Positions 49,485 to 61,095 are shown, counted from the first letter of the stretch. The stretch: 64,000 nt of DNA from an uncultured Candidatus Binatia bacterium (GCA_965214605.1 OZ243961.1:3680001-3744000); one strand, 5' to 3'. Translations and numbers: made by a program. The notes: generated from the letters alone by a model not told the origin.

Positions 49485-50462
49485 ATGGAAGCGGTATTGA
49501 CGAGCCAGCCTTGTGCCCCTGTTGCAGGCCATCTGCCAGTGATGCTTGAGGAGATGCTCGCTCAGCTTCAGCTGCGGCCCAACGCCGACGTGCTGGACGG
49601 TACCCTGGGCGGCGGTGGGCACGCCGCCGCCGTGTTGGCCGCAACTGGACCGAACGGCAGGCTGCTAGGGCTCGACCGGGACGGTGATGCGTTGGCGGTG
49701 GCCCAGCGGCGTCTCGTCGAGTGGAGCACCCGTATTACTCTAGTCCAGGAGAATTTTAGCCAAGCGCTGGCGACCCTGGCTCGACTGGGCTGGTCGGGCG
49801 TTGACGCTGTAGTGCTCGATTTAGGCTTTTCCTCGTTACAAATTAACAATGCCAGGCGAGGCTTTAGCTTTCGGCGCACCGGCCCGCTCGATATGCGTAT
49901 GGACCAGACCGAACCGGGTTGTGCGGCCGATGTGGTGAATCATGCTAGCCGGGACGAGCTGCGTAAGATCTTTCGCCAGTGGGGAGAGGAACCGGCCGCT
50001 GGTAGGGTGGCCCGGGCGGTGATTGAGGCGCGCAAAAAGGCCCTGTTTACCACCACTACCGCCCTGGCTCGGACAATTGAGCAGGTCATCAAACGGCCGT
50101 CCCGCTCAACTCGCTCATCCATCCATCCGGCCACTCGGGTGTTTCAAGCCCTGCGGATTGCGGTGAACCAGGAGCTCTGCCACCTGTCCACATTTTTGGT
50201 CGACGGCTATCGCCTGCTCAAGCCGGGGGGCAAGCTGGTCATCCTGGCCTACCATTCTTTGGAAGACCGTTTGGTCAAGACCGCCTTTCGGCGTTGGGCC
50301 GCCTCGTGCGTGTGTCCGCCCCAATTCAAGCTGTGCGCCTGTGGCTGGTCTCCGAAGGTGAGAATCCTGACGCCAAAACCGTTGACCCCATCCCGGCAGG
50401 AAGTGGCCGACAACCCCCGTGCTCGGAGTGCGCGGCTGCGTGCGGTGGAACGATATGGCTAG
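49485..50462 (+). CDS. rsmH: 16S rRNA m4C1402 methyltransferase
   Basis: HLPVML, DGTLGGGGH, DLGFSSLQ, PLDMRMD, FQALRIAVN, HSLEDR, NPRARSARLR. Confidence 0.97.
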   Translation: MEAVLTSQPCAPVAGHLPVMLEEMLAQLQLRPNADVLDGTLGGGGHAAAVLAATGPNGRLLGLDRDGDALAVAQRRLVEWSTRITLVQENFSQALATLARLGWSGVDAVVLDLGFSSLQINNARRGFSFRRTGPLDMRMDQTEPGCAADVVNHASRDELRKIFRQWGEEPAAGRVARAVIEARKKALFTTTTALARTIEQVIKRPSRSTRSSIHPATRVFQALRIAVNQELCHLSTFLVDGYRLLKPGGKLVILAYHSLEDRLVKTAFRRWAASCVCPPQFKLCACGWSPKVRILTPKPLTPSRQEVADNPRARSARLRAVERYG

Positions 50463-50492
50463 AGGAATGGCGGAGAAGAGAGGAAGGACAGT

Positions 50493-50792
50493 ATGCCGCG
50501 TTCGAGTCCTGCGCGTCAGTGGCTGGGCTATGGTTTTGTCGCCCTGCTCGGCCTAGGCCTGGCCTGTGCCCAGATTTGGACCCGCCTGCAAGTCGTGGCG
50601 ACCGGCTACGCGCTGTCCAACACGCGACACCTGCTGCAAACGCTTGAGGCCGAGCAGCGCGGTCTTGAAGCCGAGTGGAGTAGGCTGACGGCATCGCGCC
50701 GGCTTGCCCGGCTTGCGCGCCAACGTTTGGGATTCACCGTACCCCAAGCCGGCCAAGTCAAGCGGATCAAGACTGTCCGGCAAGGACGATGA
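50493..50792 (+). CDS. ftsL: Cell division protein FtsL
   Basis: Single TM plus coiled coil ending ARQRLGF; lies between rsmH and ftsI. Confidence 0.82.
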   Translation: MPRSSPARQWLGYGFVALLGLGLACAQIWTRLQVVATGYALSNTRHLLQTLEAEQRGLEAEWSRLTASRRLARLARQRLGFTVPQAGQVKRIKTVRQGR

Positions 50793-50802
50793 GGAGGGGG
50801 AG

Positions 50803-52731
50803 ATGGAAAAACGGTTGTGGGCTGCCGCGCTGTTCATTGGGCTGGCACTCGTGCTGGTGGCCGGCCGGCTGGTGCAGCTGACGGTTATCCAACACCGGGA
50901 GTTGGCCGACCGGGCGGCGAGTCAGCACCACAAGCGAATTAGCTGGACCTCGCAGCGGGGGACAATTGTTGATCGGAACGGGACGCCGCTGGTCCTGAGC
51001 GTGGCGGCCGAGTCCTTTTTTGTCCACCCCGGACAGCTGCCAGACAAGATGCATAAGCGACTGCCGGCTCTGGCCTCAGCCCTTCAGTTGTCGGTACCGC
51101 AGGTGGCCGGGCTGTTGAAAAAGTCGGCTCCGTTTGTCTGGCTACGCCGCCAGGTCCCGCTCCACCAGGCGGAGCAGGTCCACAGCTTGGCTATTACCGG
51201 GATTGACAGCCATCAGAGTGAACGGCGGATCTATCCACAGGGCAGCCTGGCCGCCTCGCTGCTCGGCTTCACCGATATTGATACCAAGGGGCTGGCTGGT
51301 GTCGAACTGGTCTATGACTCCTATTTGCGCGGTCAACCGGCCGAGTTGACAGGGCTGCGCGACGCTTTTGGCCGGATGATTTTTGCCCACGGTATCGGGT
51401 CTGGGCTGAGCCAGACCTCTGAGGTCCGCCTCAGCCTTGACGCCGGCCTCCAGGACGTTGCTGAGCAGGAACTCGCTCGGGCGGTTGAGGCGCACGCGGC
51501 CAAGGCCGGCACGGTCATCATTCTTGATCCTCGCAGCTTTGCTGTCCTGGCCATGGCCCAAGTCCCAGGCTTTGATCCGCATACCCCGGCGACCGCAGCA
51601 GCCACCGTCCGCCGCAATCGGGCCATCAGCAATGTCTATGAGCCCGGCTCGACCATGAAAGCCCTGCTCGCCGCGGCCGCTCTGGATAGCCGGCTGGTGG
51701 AGCCCGATGAGCAAATCTTTTGTGAACAGGGGCGGTATAGGATCGGGCGACGGACGATCCATGACGCCCCTCGGTCGCACGGCTGGCTGAGCTTTGCCGA
51801 GGTCATCAAACACTCGAGCAACATCGGAGTGGCCAAGGTCGTCCAACGACTCGGTCAGCAGACCTACTCCCGCTATCTTCGGGCATTTGGCCTGGGTCAG
51901 ACCAGCGGCATTGACCTGCCGGCCGAGAGCCCCGGCTTGCTGCCCGCCGCTCGGAAATGGTCGTCCATCACCCTGGCCACGACGAGTTTCGGCTATGGAG
52001 TGGCGGTCACCCCCCTCCAGCTTGCCGCCTCGTTTGCGACCTTGGCCAACGATGGGGCGCTGATGCGACCGTATGTTGTCCAGGACATCCGCTATAGCGA
52101 CGGGAGGGTGCTAGAGGTCAACCGTTCGCAGTACGTCTGGCAGGCAGTCCGGCCCGAGACGGCCAGGCAGGTTGTCGGATTGCTTGAGAACGTGGTTCAA
52201 CCTGACGGGACCGGCTGGCGAGCACAGCTCAAAGGCTTTCGGGTTGCCGGTAAGACCGGCACGAGCCAGAAACTTGATGCCGAGGGCAAATACTCTGCCA
52301 GGGCGCATGTTGCCTCCTTTGTCGGCATTGTCCCGGCAGACGCGCCGCAGCTGGTGATCGCGGTTGTTATTGATGAACCGAATCGGGGTGGTTACTATGG
52401 CGGTCAGGTTGCTGCGCCAGTTTTTCGAGCTATTGCCAGTCAAGCCTTGGCCTCTCTGGGCGTTGAGGCGACAACGGTCCCGGTCGCCAGCCCGGCTCGG
52501 GTCAGCCAACCGACCGGCCCGAATACCGCCGGGCGGCCAAATTTCCTCGGTCTCAGCCTGCGCGAAGCCCTCCGCATCGCCGACCTCCACGGCTGGCGGG
52601 TGAGTGCAACCGGTAGCGGTTATGTTGTCGGCCAGGCCGTGCAGTACGACCCGGATACCGCCCAGCCGTTCTACCGTCTGAGCCTAGCCCCGACTCGGCC
52701 AGCGATCATTACCGAAGAGGAGATGCTGTGA
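50803..52731 (+). CDS. ftsI: Class B penicillin-binding protein FtsI/PBP3
   Basis: RGTIVDRNG, RIYPQG, SxxK (STMK), SxN (SSN), KTGT, PASTA-like tail. Confidence 0.95.
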   Translation: MEKRLWAAALFIGLALVLVAGRLVQLTVIQHRELADRAASQHHKRISWTSQRGTIVDRNGTPLVLSVAAESFFVHPGQLPDKMHKRLPALASALQLSVPQVAGLLKKSAPFVWLRRQVPLHQAEQVHSLAITGIDSHQSERRIYPQGSLAASLLGFTDIDTKGLAGVELVYDSYLRGQPAELTGLRDAFGRMIFAHGIGSGLSQTSEVRLSLDAGLQDVAEQELARAVEAHAAKAGTVIILDPRSFAVLAMAQVPGFDPHTPATAAATVRRNRAISNVYEPGSTMKALLAAAALDSRLVEPDEQIFCEQGRYRIGRRTIHDAPRSHGWLSFAEVIKHSSNIGVAKVVQRLGQQTYSRYLRAFGLGQTSGIDLPAESPGLLPAARKWSSITLATTSFGYGVAVTPLQLAASFATLANDGALMRPYVVQDIRYSDGRVLEVNRSQYVWQAVRPETARQVVGLLENVVQPDGTGWRAQLKGFRVAGKTGTSQKLDAEGKYSARAHVASFVGIVPADAPQLVIAVVIDEPNRGGYYGGQVAAPVFRAIASQALASLGVEATTVPVASPARVSQPTGPNTAGRPNFLGLSLREALRIADLHGWRVSATGSGYVVGQAVQYDPDTAQPFYRLSLAPTRPAIITEEEML

Positions 52732-54278
52732 GGCTGACCGAACTTTTGCCACCAGGAGTTGCGGTTCGGACCTGGGGCCATCTGGACATTCCGGTCAGTC
52801 AGTTGTCCTATGACTCACGGCAGGTGCGGCCCGGGGCGCTGTTTTTCGCCCTGCCTGGGAGGAAGACCGATGGCGTGGCATTTATGGATCAGGCGCTGCA
52901 GGGCGGGGCCGCAGCGATTGTCGTGGCCCAGAAAGACTACAGGGCTATACAAGGTCGGCTGGCGGGCTACGAGCGGCCGCTTGGCCTGATTGGCTGTGCG
53001 GAGCCGAGGCGCCTGCTAGGGGTGATGGCTGACCGGTTTTATGGCCAGCCGAGCGCTCGTCTCTCGCTGGTTGGAGTGACCGGAACGAGCGGGAAAACCA
53101 CTACGACCTATCTGCTGGAGGCCATCTGTCTGGCCATGGGCTGGCCGACCGGTGTGATTGGTACGGTCAACTATCGCTATCAAGGCCAGCAAAAGCCTGC
53201 GCCGTTTACCACACCCGAGGCGGTTGAACTCCAGTCGCTGCTAGGTACCATGGTCGACGCTGGGGTAGGCCACGCCATCATGGAGGTTTCGTCACACGCC
53301 CTGGTCCAAGAGCGGGTCCGCGGTTGCCAATGGGATGGGGCAGTGTTTACCAATTTGGGCCGGGATCACCTCGATTTTCATACCGACCTAGACGATTATT
53401 TTGCCGCCAAAGTCAGATTGTTTTGCTCTGGCCTGGCCGATTCCCCTAAAGCGAACCGTTTTGCCGTGGTCAATGTGGATGACCCGTGGGGCCAGAAATT
53501 AGCCGGCTACCGATTGCCCGGTCGGCTGATCACCTACGGCCGCAGCACTGATGCGATGGTCTCGGTCGCTGTGCTTGAAGACAGTTTCGGCGGTTTACGC
53601 GGGGTGTTGCGTGTAGAGGACAGGACGGTCGCGTTTTCCTCTGCCCTAATTGGTGAGCCGCACCTGTACAACATCGTGGCCGCGGCGGCGACGGCCCACG
53701 CGCTCGGCGTGCCAGCCGATACGATTGTGGCCGGTATCGCTGCCTGTCGCAACGTGCCCGGGCGTTTGGAAAAGCTCGACCTCGGCCAGCCGTTTGAAGT
53801 GATTGTGGACTATGCCCATAAACCCGATGCGCTCGACAAGACCCTGCGTTCGGTGCGTTCGCTGACCCAGAAACGTGTGGTGACGGTCTTTGGCTGCGGT
53901 GGCGACCGGGATCGGGGGAAGCGGCCGCTCATGGGACAGGCCGCTGGTCGGCTAAGCGACCTTGTTGTTTTGACCTCGGATAATCCGCGCAGCGAAGATC
54001 CGCAGCGCATCCTGGCTGAGACGGAACGTGGTTTGGTCCAGGCGGGCCTGCGACGGCTAGGCGAGCCGTCGGCCCTCGCCGCTGCGCGGCACGGCTACGT
54101 CGTCCTGGCCGACCGTCGGGCCGCGATTCAGGCCGCTTTGGCCGGAGCCCGGTCCGGAGACGTGGTGGTGATTGCTGGCAAGGGCCACGAGGACTACCAG
54201 ATCATCGGCACCCACAAGCATCACTTTGACGATCGAGAAGAGGTCCGCCACTATTTCTCCGTACAGGAGGCCGGGTGA
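52728..54278 (+). CDS. murE: UDP-MurNAc-tripeptide synthetase MurE (meso-DAP type)
   Basis: [44 protein letters not shown]. Confidence 0.97.
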   Translation: MRLTELLPPGVAVRTWGHLDIPVSQLSYDSRQVRPGALFFALPGRKTDGVAFMDQALQGGAAAIVVAQKDYRAIQGRLAGYERPLGLIGCAEPRRLLGVMADRFYGQPSARLSLVGVTGTSGKTTTTYLLEAICLAMGWPTGVIGTVNYRYQGQQKPAPFTTPEAVELQSLLGTMVDAGVGHAIMEVSSHALVQERVRGCQWDGAVFTNLGRDHLDFHTDLDDYFAAKVRLFCSGLADSPKANRFAVVNVDDPWGQKLAGYRLPGRLITYGRSTDAMVSVAVLEDSFGGLRGVLRVEDRTVAFSSALIGEPHLYNIVAAAATAHALGVPADTIVAGIAACRNVPGRLEKLDLGQPFEVIVDYAHKPDALDKTLRSVRSLTQKRVVTVFGCGGDRDRGKRPLMGQAAGRLSDLVVLTSDNPRSEDPQRILAETERGLVQAGLRRLGEPSALAAARHGYVVLADRRAAIQAALAGARSGDVVVIAGKGHEDYQIIGTHKHHFDDREEVRHYFSVQEAG

Positions 54279-55354
54279 TGCTTTACCTATTGCTGTATCC
54301 ACTGCATACAAGCTACTCGGCGTTTAACGTCTTCCGCTATATCACCTTTCGGACGCTGTTGGCCGCTATCATGGCGCTCACAGCGTCTTTTTTTCTCGGG
54401 CCACGCCTGATCGCCCGCCTGACCGCCCTACAGGTCGGACAACAGATTCGGCCCGACGGTCCGCGTACGCATCTGAGCAAAGCAGGAACGCCGACCATGG
54501 GCGGAACGCTGATTCTCTTCTCCTTGGCCGTAGCCACTCTGTTTTTAGCCGATCTGAGTAATCCCTATGTTTGGCTTGCGCTGGGGGTGACGGTCGGCTT
54601 TGGGGCGATTGGTTTTGTGGATGACTACCGCAAGTTGTCGCACAAAAATTCCGTTGGTCTCCGAGGTAAGTATAAGCTGCTGTGCCAGCTGATCCTGGCC
54701 CTCGGGGCGGCCATATCTCTGGTCTGTCTTCCGGGGTTTGACACCAGCCTGACGATTCCGTTTTTCAAAGACCTGCGGCCCGATCTGGGCTGGTGGTATA
54801 TTCCGTTTGCGGCGATCGTGATTGTGGGCGCCTCAAACGCGGTCAATTTGACTGATGGATTGGACGGCTTGGCGATTGGGCCTGTGATGATTACCGGAGT
54901 GACCTACGCCTTGTTCGCCTATGTCAGCGGCCATGTCAAGATGGCCGAGTATCTCCAGGTCCCCAATGTGCTCGGTGCAGGTGAGATGACGGTCTTTTGC
55001 GGTGCGCTGGCCGCCGCTGGACTCGGATTTTTGTGGTTTAACGCCTATCCGGCCCAGATGTTCATGGGTGATACCGGGGCCTTGTCGCTGGGAGCTGCGC
55101 TGGGGATTGTCGCGCTTATCTGTAAACAGGAAATTGTCCTTGTCCTGGCCGGTGGGGTATTTGTGGCCGAGGCCGCTTCGGTCATTTTTCAGGTCGCCTC
55201 GTATAAGCTGCGCCACAAGCGAATTTTTCGTATGGCGCCACTCCACCACCATTTTGAGCTGTTGGGATGGCCGGAACCCCTGATTATTGTCCGGTTTTGG
55301 ATTGTGTCGATTATCTGTGCGTTGTTAGCGCTGTGTACGCTGAAGCTGAGATGA
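54275..55354 (+). CDS. mraY: Phospho-MurNAc-pentapeptide transferase
   Basis: [36 protein letters not shown]. Confidence 0.98.
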   Translation: MMLYLLLYPLHTSYSAFNVFRYITFRTLLAAIMALTASFFLGPRLIARLTALQVGQQIRPDGPRTHLSKAGTPTMGGTLILFSLAVATLFLADLSNPYVWLALGVTVGFGAIGFVDDYRKLSHKNSVGLRGKYKLLCQLILALGAAISLVCLPGFDTSLTIPFFKDLRPDLGWWYIPFAAIVIVGASNAVNLTDGLDGLAIGPVMITGVTYALFAYVSGHVKMAEYLQVPNVLGAGEMTVFCGALAAAGLGFLWFNAYPAQMFMGDTGALSLGAALGIVALICKQEIVLVLAGGVFVAEAASVIFQVASYKLRHKRIFRMAPLHHHFELLGWPEPLIIVRFWIVSIICALLALCTLKLR

Positions 55355-56541
55355 GGGTCGGTCGAGCAGTGGCAAACGGGACAATAATGGAGAGTCAGAA
55401 GCGGGAAGATGCGGCTCGGATCGAAGGCCAGCCGCCAGTCTGGATTAGCGGTGGAGCGATAGATGGCTGGCTGCTGACAAGCGTGCTACTGCTGCTGCTG
55501 ATCGGCCAAATTATGGTGTTGAACACGACCTACTTCTATGCCGCCGAGCACACTGATCAGCCCTATCGCTTTGTCTGGAAGCAGGCTTTCGCACTGGTGC
55601 TGGGCGTGCTTGGGATGGGAGTAGCCGCCCGGCTGTCGTCGGCCAGCTATTGGCGCTGTGCCTATCCCGCTCTGCTGCTGGCAGTTATCGGCCTGATCGC
55701 TGTCCTCCTGTCCGAGGGCCAGGTCCGGCGCTGGATCCATCTCGGCGTGCTCAATTTTCAGCCGTCCGAGTTTGCCAAAGGGGCGGTCGTGCTGTATCTG
55801 GCCTCTTCCTTGGTCAAGAAGATTCAGCTGTTGCACAGTTTTGTGTTTGGCGTGTTGCCCCATGTGCTGGTCGTCGGGCTGATCGCTCTCCTGATTGTCA
55901 TAGAACCGGACCTTGGCGGAGCGGCCTTTGTGGGGATGACGCTCCTTGTCCTGCTGTTTGTCGCCGGGGCACGCAAACGCCACCTGGCTCTGCTGGCAGG
56001 AGCAGGGTTGGTCGTAGTGGTCGCTGGGATTATGACCGCCGAGTATCGGAGCGCGCGGCTGCTATCGTTCCTCGACCCAGCCGCCCACCGCCAGACCAGC
56101 GGCTATCAGCTACACCAGTCGCTGCTGGCCTTTGGGAGCGGTGGGGTCCACGGCGTTGGTCTGGGTCAGAGTAGTCAGAAGATGTTTTATCTGCCCGAGG
56201 CGCACACCGATTTTGTGTTCGCGGTGGTGGGCGAGGAAACCGGTCTGTGGGGGACGGGACTCATCCTTGGCCTGTTTGCCATGGTCGGTGCCCGTGGGGT
56301 ACGGATCGCGCTCCGCCATCCTTATCGGTTTGGGCAATTGCTGGCTTTTGGCTGCAGCTTTCTGCTGGTTGGACAGGCCGGGTTAAATATGGCTGTGGTG
56401 TTGGGTATGCTCCCGACAAAAGGACTGCCCCTGCCGTTTATTAGCTATGGTGGGTCCTCCCTATGCATGGCTCTGGTGTATGTGGGCGTGCTATTGGGCC
56501 TATCGCGTGAGATTCGGCGGGAGAACCAGAGTCATGCCTAG
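55351..56541 (+). CDS. ftsW: SEDS peptidoglycan polymerase FtsW
   Basis: [38 protein letters not shown]. Start is 55351 or 55387. Confidence 0.95.
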   Translation: MRVGRAVANGTIMESQKREDAARIEGQPPVWISGGAIDGWLLTSVLLLLLIGQIMVLNTTYFYAAEHTDQPYRFVWKQAFALVLGVLGMGVAARLSSASYWRCAYPALLLAVIGLIAVLLSEGQVRRWIHLGVLNFQPSEFAKGAVVLYLASSLVKKIQLLHSFVFGVLPHVLVVGLIALLIVIEPDLGGAAFVGMTLLVLLFVAGARKRHLALLAGAGLVVVVAGIMTAEYRSARLLSFLDPAAHRQTSGYQLHQSLLAFGSGGVHGVGLGQSSQKMFYLPEAHTDFVFAVVGEETGLWGTGLILGLFAMVGARGVRIALRHPYRFGQLLAFGCSFLLVGQAGLNMAVVLGMLPTKGLPLPFISYGGSSLCMALVYVGVLLGLSREIRRENQSHA

Positions 56542-57694
56542 GACCAAAAACACCAGACGGCTACGGCTGCTGTTGGCTGCTGGCGGGACGGGTGGACATT
56601 TATTTCCTGGGGTTGCGCTTGCCCAGGACGCCCAGCGAGAAATGGCGGCCGAGGTGTTGTTTGTCGGTACGCCATCCGGCATAGAGGGAACGGTGGTTCC
56701 ACGCCTGGGTTTTCCGCTGCGCTTCATTTCTGCCGAACAGTTACGGGGCAGAAGCTGGTGGGGAGGGCTGCGGGCCGGCTGGGCAGCCCTCTGCGGAATT
56801 GGCTCAGCGTGGCGTATTCTGGGTGAATTTGGACCTGATCTGATTTTTAGCCTCGGAGGCTATGCGTCTGGACCAACAGTGGTGGCGGCCTGGTTGCGGC
56901 GCATCCCGTGTGTGCTGCTTGAACCGAACGCGATTCCCGGACTCACCAATCGGCTGTTGGGACGCTTTGCAAGACGCGTGTGCGTCGGTTTTCCCACGAC
57001 TGTGGCCTGCTTTCCGGCTGGCAAAGCGGTCTATACCGGTACACCGGTCCGCTGGCGGCCAGCCGGGATGACGGGGGTGTCTTCCGGACCATCTGGAGCC
57101 AATGGCCACGGGCTGACCAGACCGTTCAGCGTCTTAATCGTTGGCGGGAGTGCCGGTGCGCACCGCCTTAACCAAATTCTCCCAGCCGCGTTTGCCGCTC
57201 TTGGAGCGCCGTCCGACCAGCTTCGGATTGTACACCAGACCGGCCAGGCCGAGTACGACGAGGTCCGGAGCCTCTACACCCGACTTGGTGTCGAAGCCGA
57301 AGTCGTGTCTTTTATCGAGGCTATGGATGTGGCCTATACCGCCGCCGATTTAGTTATCTGCCGGGCCGGAGCCATGACCCTGGCCGAGCTGATGACCCTG
57401 GGCAGACCGGCTATCTTTGTGCCCTATCCGTATGCCGCGGATGATCACCAACGGGCCAATGCTGAGCAGCTAGTCCAAGCCGGAGGGGCGGTGATGATTT
57501 TGGATGCCGAGTTGAGTGCGGAGCGCATCGCGGGGACTATTCGCGGCCTAATGCAGGATCCCGCCCGCCTACACGCTATGGCCCGGGCTACGGCCGCTTT
57601 TGGCACAGCTGATGCGACGACACGGGTACTGCGAGAGTGCCTGACCTGTGTCCCGGCCGCGGTCCGCAACGCCGCGGCAGAGATGGGGCGATGA
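56534..57694 (+). CDS. murG: Lipid II GlcNAc transferase MurG
   Basis: GGTGGHLFPG, GGYAS, GGSAGA, CRAGAMT, HQRANA. Confidence 0.97.
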   Translation: MPRTKNTRRLRLLLAAGGTGGHLFPGVALAQDAQREMAAEVLFVGTPSGIEGTVVPRLGFPLRFISAEQLRGRSWWGGLRAGWAALCGIGSAWRILGEFGPDLIFSLGGYASGPTVVAAWLRRIPCVLLEPNAIPGLTNRLLGRFARRVCVGFPTTVACFPAGKAVYTGTPVRWRPAGMTGVSSGPSGANGHGLTRPFSVLIVGGSAGAHRLNQILPAAFAALGAPSDQLRIVHQTGQAEYDEVRSLYTRLGVEAEVVSFIEAMDVAYTAADLVICRAGAMTLAELMTLGRPAIFVPYPYAADDHQRANAEQLVQAGGAVMILDAELSAERIAGTIRGLMQDPARLHAMARATAAFGTADATTRVLRECLTCVPAAVRNAAAEMGR

Positions 57695-59175
57695 TGGACG
57701 ATAGGGTAAATGGCAGAGCGCAGGTGCCTGGGAAGGGGGAGGCGACGTTTGGCTCTCAGGGACAGGTATTGTTTGATACCAATCGCCATATCCATTTTGT
57801 CGGTATTGGGGGGATCGGCATGAGTGGTATCGCTGAGCTGTTGCTGAATCTGGGCTATCAGGTCAGCGGTTCGGACCAGATCAAATCGGATACGACCCAC
57901 CGCCTGACCCGCCTCGGGGCACACATTGCGTACGGACATCGGGCTGAGCATATCGACCTTCAGACCGATGTGGTCGTGATATCGTCTGCTGTGAAATATA
58001 CCAATCCAGAGGTGAGCCGGGCCCGTGAGCTGCGCATTCCGGTGATCCCGCGGGCAGAGATGCTGGCCGAACTGATGCGTCTCAAATACGGGATTGCGAT
58101 TGCCGGCACGCACGGTAAAACTACTACCACCTCGCTCATCACCAGCGTTCTGGCCCGGGCCGAGTTGGACCCGACATACGTGATCGGCGGACGTCTGAGC
58201 GTCGTCTGCTCGAACGCACGTTTAGGTCAGGGTCGCTTCTTAGTGGCTGAGGCCGACGAGAGCGATGGGACCTTTCTGTTGCTGAGCCCGACGATTGTTG
58301 TGGTCACCAATATCGACCCTGAGCATCTCGATTTTTATGGCGATATGGACCGGGTCAAAGACGCCTATTTATGCTTTATCAACCGGGTGCCGTTTTACGG
58401 GCGGGCTGTCCTCTGTCTGGACAGTGTCAATGTCCGGGACCTGTTACCCCACGTCCAGAAGCGCTTTATCACCTATGGCCTGAGTCCCGAGGCCGACCTG
58501 ATGGCTCGCGATTTGCGTGTGTCGGGTATGACCACCTGCTGTGAGGTCTGGTATGGCGACGAGCGGCTGGGCCCGCTTCAGATCCAGCTGCCGGGTCGCC
58601 ACTATGCGCTCAACGCCCTGGCGGTGGTGGCGGTGGCTCGAGAGTTGGGGATTCCGTTTGCTTGCGTGCAGCGCGCCCTGGCCGGTTTTGATGGCATTCA
58701 GCGCCGCTTTGAGGTCAAGGGTGAGGCCGCCGGAGTGTTGGTGGCTGATGATTATGCGCATCATCCCGAGGAACTGCGGGTGACCCTGCGGGCGGCCCGC
58801 GAGGGAAGCTGCCAGGCCAACCCGGCGCGCCGCTTAGTTGCCTTGTTTCAGCCTCACCGGTATTCGCGGACTCAGACTCTGTTTGACGATTTTCTGTCCG
58901 CTTTTGATGATGCAGATACGGTCGTGCTGACCGAGATCTACCCGGCTGGTGAGAAACCGCGGGACGGGGTGTCTGGACACCGACTGTACCAAGCGTTGCG
59001 TCAGCGCGGTCATGGCGAGGTGCATTTTGTTGCCGACCGGGAGAGTCTGGCCGAGGCGGCCCTCGCCTTTGTCCGGCCGGGCGATATGGTCATGACCCTG
59101 GGGGCTGGGGATATCCACCGGACTGGGGGTGAGTTGCTCACGCTGCTGCAGAAAAGAGGGAGTGGTGCAGGCTGA
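57691..59175 (+). CDS. murC: UDP-MurNAc-L-alanine ligase
   Basis: HFVGIGGIGMSG, GTHGKTTTT, EADESDG, DDYAHHP, FQPHRYSRT. Confidence 0.97.
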   Translation: MMDDRVNGRAQVPGKGEATFGSQGQVLFDTNRHIHFVGIGGIGMSGIAELLLNLGYQVSGSDQIKSDTTHRLTRLGAHIAYGHRAEHIDLQTDVVVISSAVKYTNPEVSRARELRIPVIPRAEMLAELMRLKYGIAIAGTHGKTTTTSLITSVLARAELDPTYVIGGRLSVVCSNARLGQGRFLVAEADESDGTFLLLSPTIVVVTNIDPEHLDFYGDMDRVKDAYLCFINRVPFYGRAVLCLDSVNVRDLLPHVQKRFITYGLSPEADLMARDLRVSGMTTCCEVWYGDERLGPLQIQLPGRHYALNALAVVAVARELGIPFACVQRALAGFDGIQRRFEVKGEAAGVLVADDYAHHPEELRVTLRAAREGSCQANPARRLVALFQPHRYSRTQTLFDDFLSAFDDADTVVLTEIYPAGEKPRDGVSGHRLYQALRQRGHGEVHFVADRESLAEAALAFVRPGDMVMTLGAGDIHRTGGELLTLLQKRGSGAG

Positions 59176-60154
59176 ACAGAAAAAATGGCTGTTGACCCTG
59201 CTGGCCGACCAGGTGTCTCAGGTCCGCTGTGATGTCGCGCTGGCCCGCTATACATCTTTTCGGATCGGCGGCCCGGCCGACATCTTTGTTGAGCCCCGCA
59301 CTCTGGCTGAACTTCAAGCTGTCGTGAGGCTTGTCGGGGCTGAACGGCTGCCGCTTTTCATCCTGGGTGGGGGGAGCAACCTGCTGGTCAGCGATGCAGG
59401 CATCCGAGGCGTTGTGGTCAAGCTCGGCAAAGGGTTTAACTATAGCGTCTGGAGCGAACCTCGGGCTGAGCAGCGGCGGGTGCGGGTTGGAGCTGGGCGT
59501 TCGCTGGGCCGCTTTGTCCGTGAGACTGTGGACAGGGGATATGCCGGGGTGGCATTTGCCGAGGGGATACCCGGCAGCGTGGGTGGAGGACTGCTGATGA
59601 ATGCGGGCGCTTTTGGCGGGGAGCTAGGTCAGGTTGTTGAAACGATCCTGGGTGTTGATCATGCTGCTCAGGTGGTCTGTTTGGCCGCTGAGCAGCTCAG
59701 CTTTGGCTATCGCTGCACTGGATTGCCCGTCGGTTTCATTGTGGCCGAAATCTGTTTTCGCCTGCAGCGCCAAGAGTCGGTTCGACTCAGGGCAGCAATG
59801 CACCAGGCTCAGATAAAACGTCAGAACGGCCAGCCGCACGGCTATCCCAACGCAGGCTCAATTTTCAAAAATCCGCCCGGCGCCTATGCTGGCCATCTAA
59901 TTGAGCTAGCTGGGCTGAAAGGTTCCCACTGTGGGCAGGCTCGGGTGTCTGAGCGGCATGCCAATTTTATCCTGAACACCGGTGGTGCGCGGGCGGCTGA
60001 GGTGAAACGACTGATGGAACACGTGCAGCGCACGGTGTGGGATGCGCAGCAGGTGTGGCTTGAGCCGGAGATCCGTCTGGCCGGGGACTGGGAGCAGGAT
60101 CGGGGGGAATCGAATCTGGCCGTCCGAGCATTCGAAAAGGAGTGGGCGGTATGA
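59162..60154 (+). CDS. murB: UDP-GlcNAc-enolpyruvate reductase
   Basis: FRIGGPA, GGGSNLL, GIPGSVGG..MNAGA, GSIFKNP, HANF. Confidence 0.97.
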   Translation: MVQAEQKKWLLTLLADQVSQVRCDVALARYTSFRIGGPADIFVEPRTLAELQAVVRLVGAERLPLFILGGGSNLLVSDAGIRGVVVKLGKGFNYSVWSEPRAEQRRVRVGAGRSLGRFVRETVDRGYAGVAFAEGIPGSVGGGLLMNAGAFGGELGQVVETILGVDHAAQVVCLAAEQLSFGYRCTGLPVGFIVAEICFRLQRQESVRLRAAMHQAQIKRQNGQPHGYPNAGSIFKNPPGAYAGHLIELAGLKGSHCGQARVSERHANFILNTGGARAAEVKRLMEHVQRTVWDAQQVWLEPEIRLAGDWEQDRGESNLAVRAFEKEWAV

Positions 60155-61095
60155 ATGTTACGACCCCTCGGTGGCGTGAAAGAACGGTCGGGGTGCTGCT
60201 GGGCGGTATGTCGGCCGAGCGCGAGATTTCGCTCCGGACCGGTGGGGCGGTGTGTGAAGCGCTGCGCGGCCTAGGTTACGAGGTGGCCGCCATTGAGGTT
60301 GGGGCCGACGGCGAGTGGCTGAGTGCGGTGCGCCAGGTCGATGTGGCGTTTATCGCCTTGCACGGAAAATTCGGTGAGGACGGCACGGTCCAGGCCGTTC
60401 TAGAGGTGCTGGGGGTTCCGTATACCGGGTCGGGCGTATTGGCTAGCGCGCTGGCCATGAATAAACCTATGGCCAAACGGATATGGCACACCCACGAGAT
60501 TCCGACCCCGGCCTGGGAGGTGATAGACACACGGACGGCGGAGTGGAAGCTGAGCAGGTTAGCGTTTCCGGTTGTGGTCAAACCAAGTGCCGAGGGCTCG
60601 AGTGTGGGGGTGAGTATTGTCCGCTCCAGCCAAAGCCTGTCCGATGCCCTAGCCGAGGCGTCTCGGTTTGATGCGGTCAGCCTAGTCGAGGCGTATATTC
60701 ACGGACAAGAAGTGACGGTCGGGATTCTGGGCGAGCAAACGTTGGGGGCGATGGAGGTCATTGCCAAGGGGAATTTTCACTCCTACGAGGTCAAGTATAC
60801 GGCTGGCCGAGAGGAGTTCCTGATGCCTGCACCGCTTGCGCCCGAGGTGTATGAGCGGGTGTTGAAGATTGCCCTTGAGGCGCACCGGGCGCTAGGCTGC
60901 AGCAGTTATAGTCGGGTCGACACGCGGGTGACCAAACAGGGACGGATTTTTGTTCTAGAGGTGAATTCCCTACCCGGACTGACTGAACTCAGCTATTTGC
61001 CGCGCATTGCCGCCCACGCCGGGCTCGACTACGGGACCTTGGTCGAGGCTATTTTGCAGCATGCCGGTCTCCATAGCCGCGGGAGGACAGAGTGA
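60151..61095 (+). CDS. ddl: D-alanine--D-alanine ligase
   Basis: GGMSAEREIS, LHGKFGEDG, PYTGSG, EGSSVGV, LEVNSLPG. Confidence 0.97.
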   Translation: MNVTTPRWRERTVGVLLGGMSAEREISLRTGGAVCEALRGLGYEVAAIEVGADGEWLSAVRQVDVAFIALHGKFGEDGTVQAVLEVLGVPYTGSGVLASALAMNKPMAKRIWHTHEIPTPAWEVIDTRTAEWKLSRLAFPVVVKPSAEGSSVGVSIVRSSQSLSDALAEASRFDAVSLVEAYIHGQEVTVGILGEQTLGAMEVIAKGNFHSYEVKYTAGREEFLMPAPLAPEVYERVLKIALEAHRALGCSSYSRVDTRVTKQGRIFVLEVNSLPGLTELSYLPRIAAHAGLDYGTLVEAILQHAGLHSRGRTE

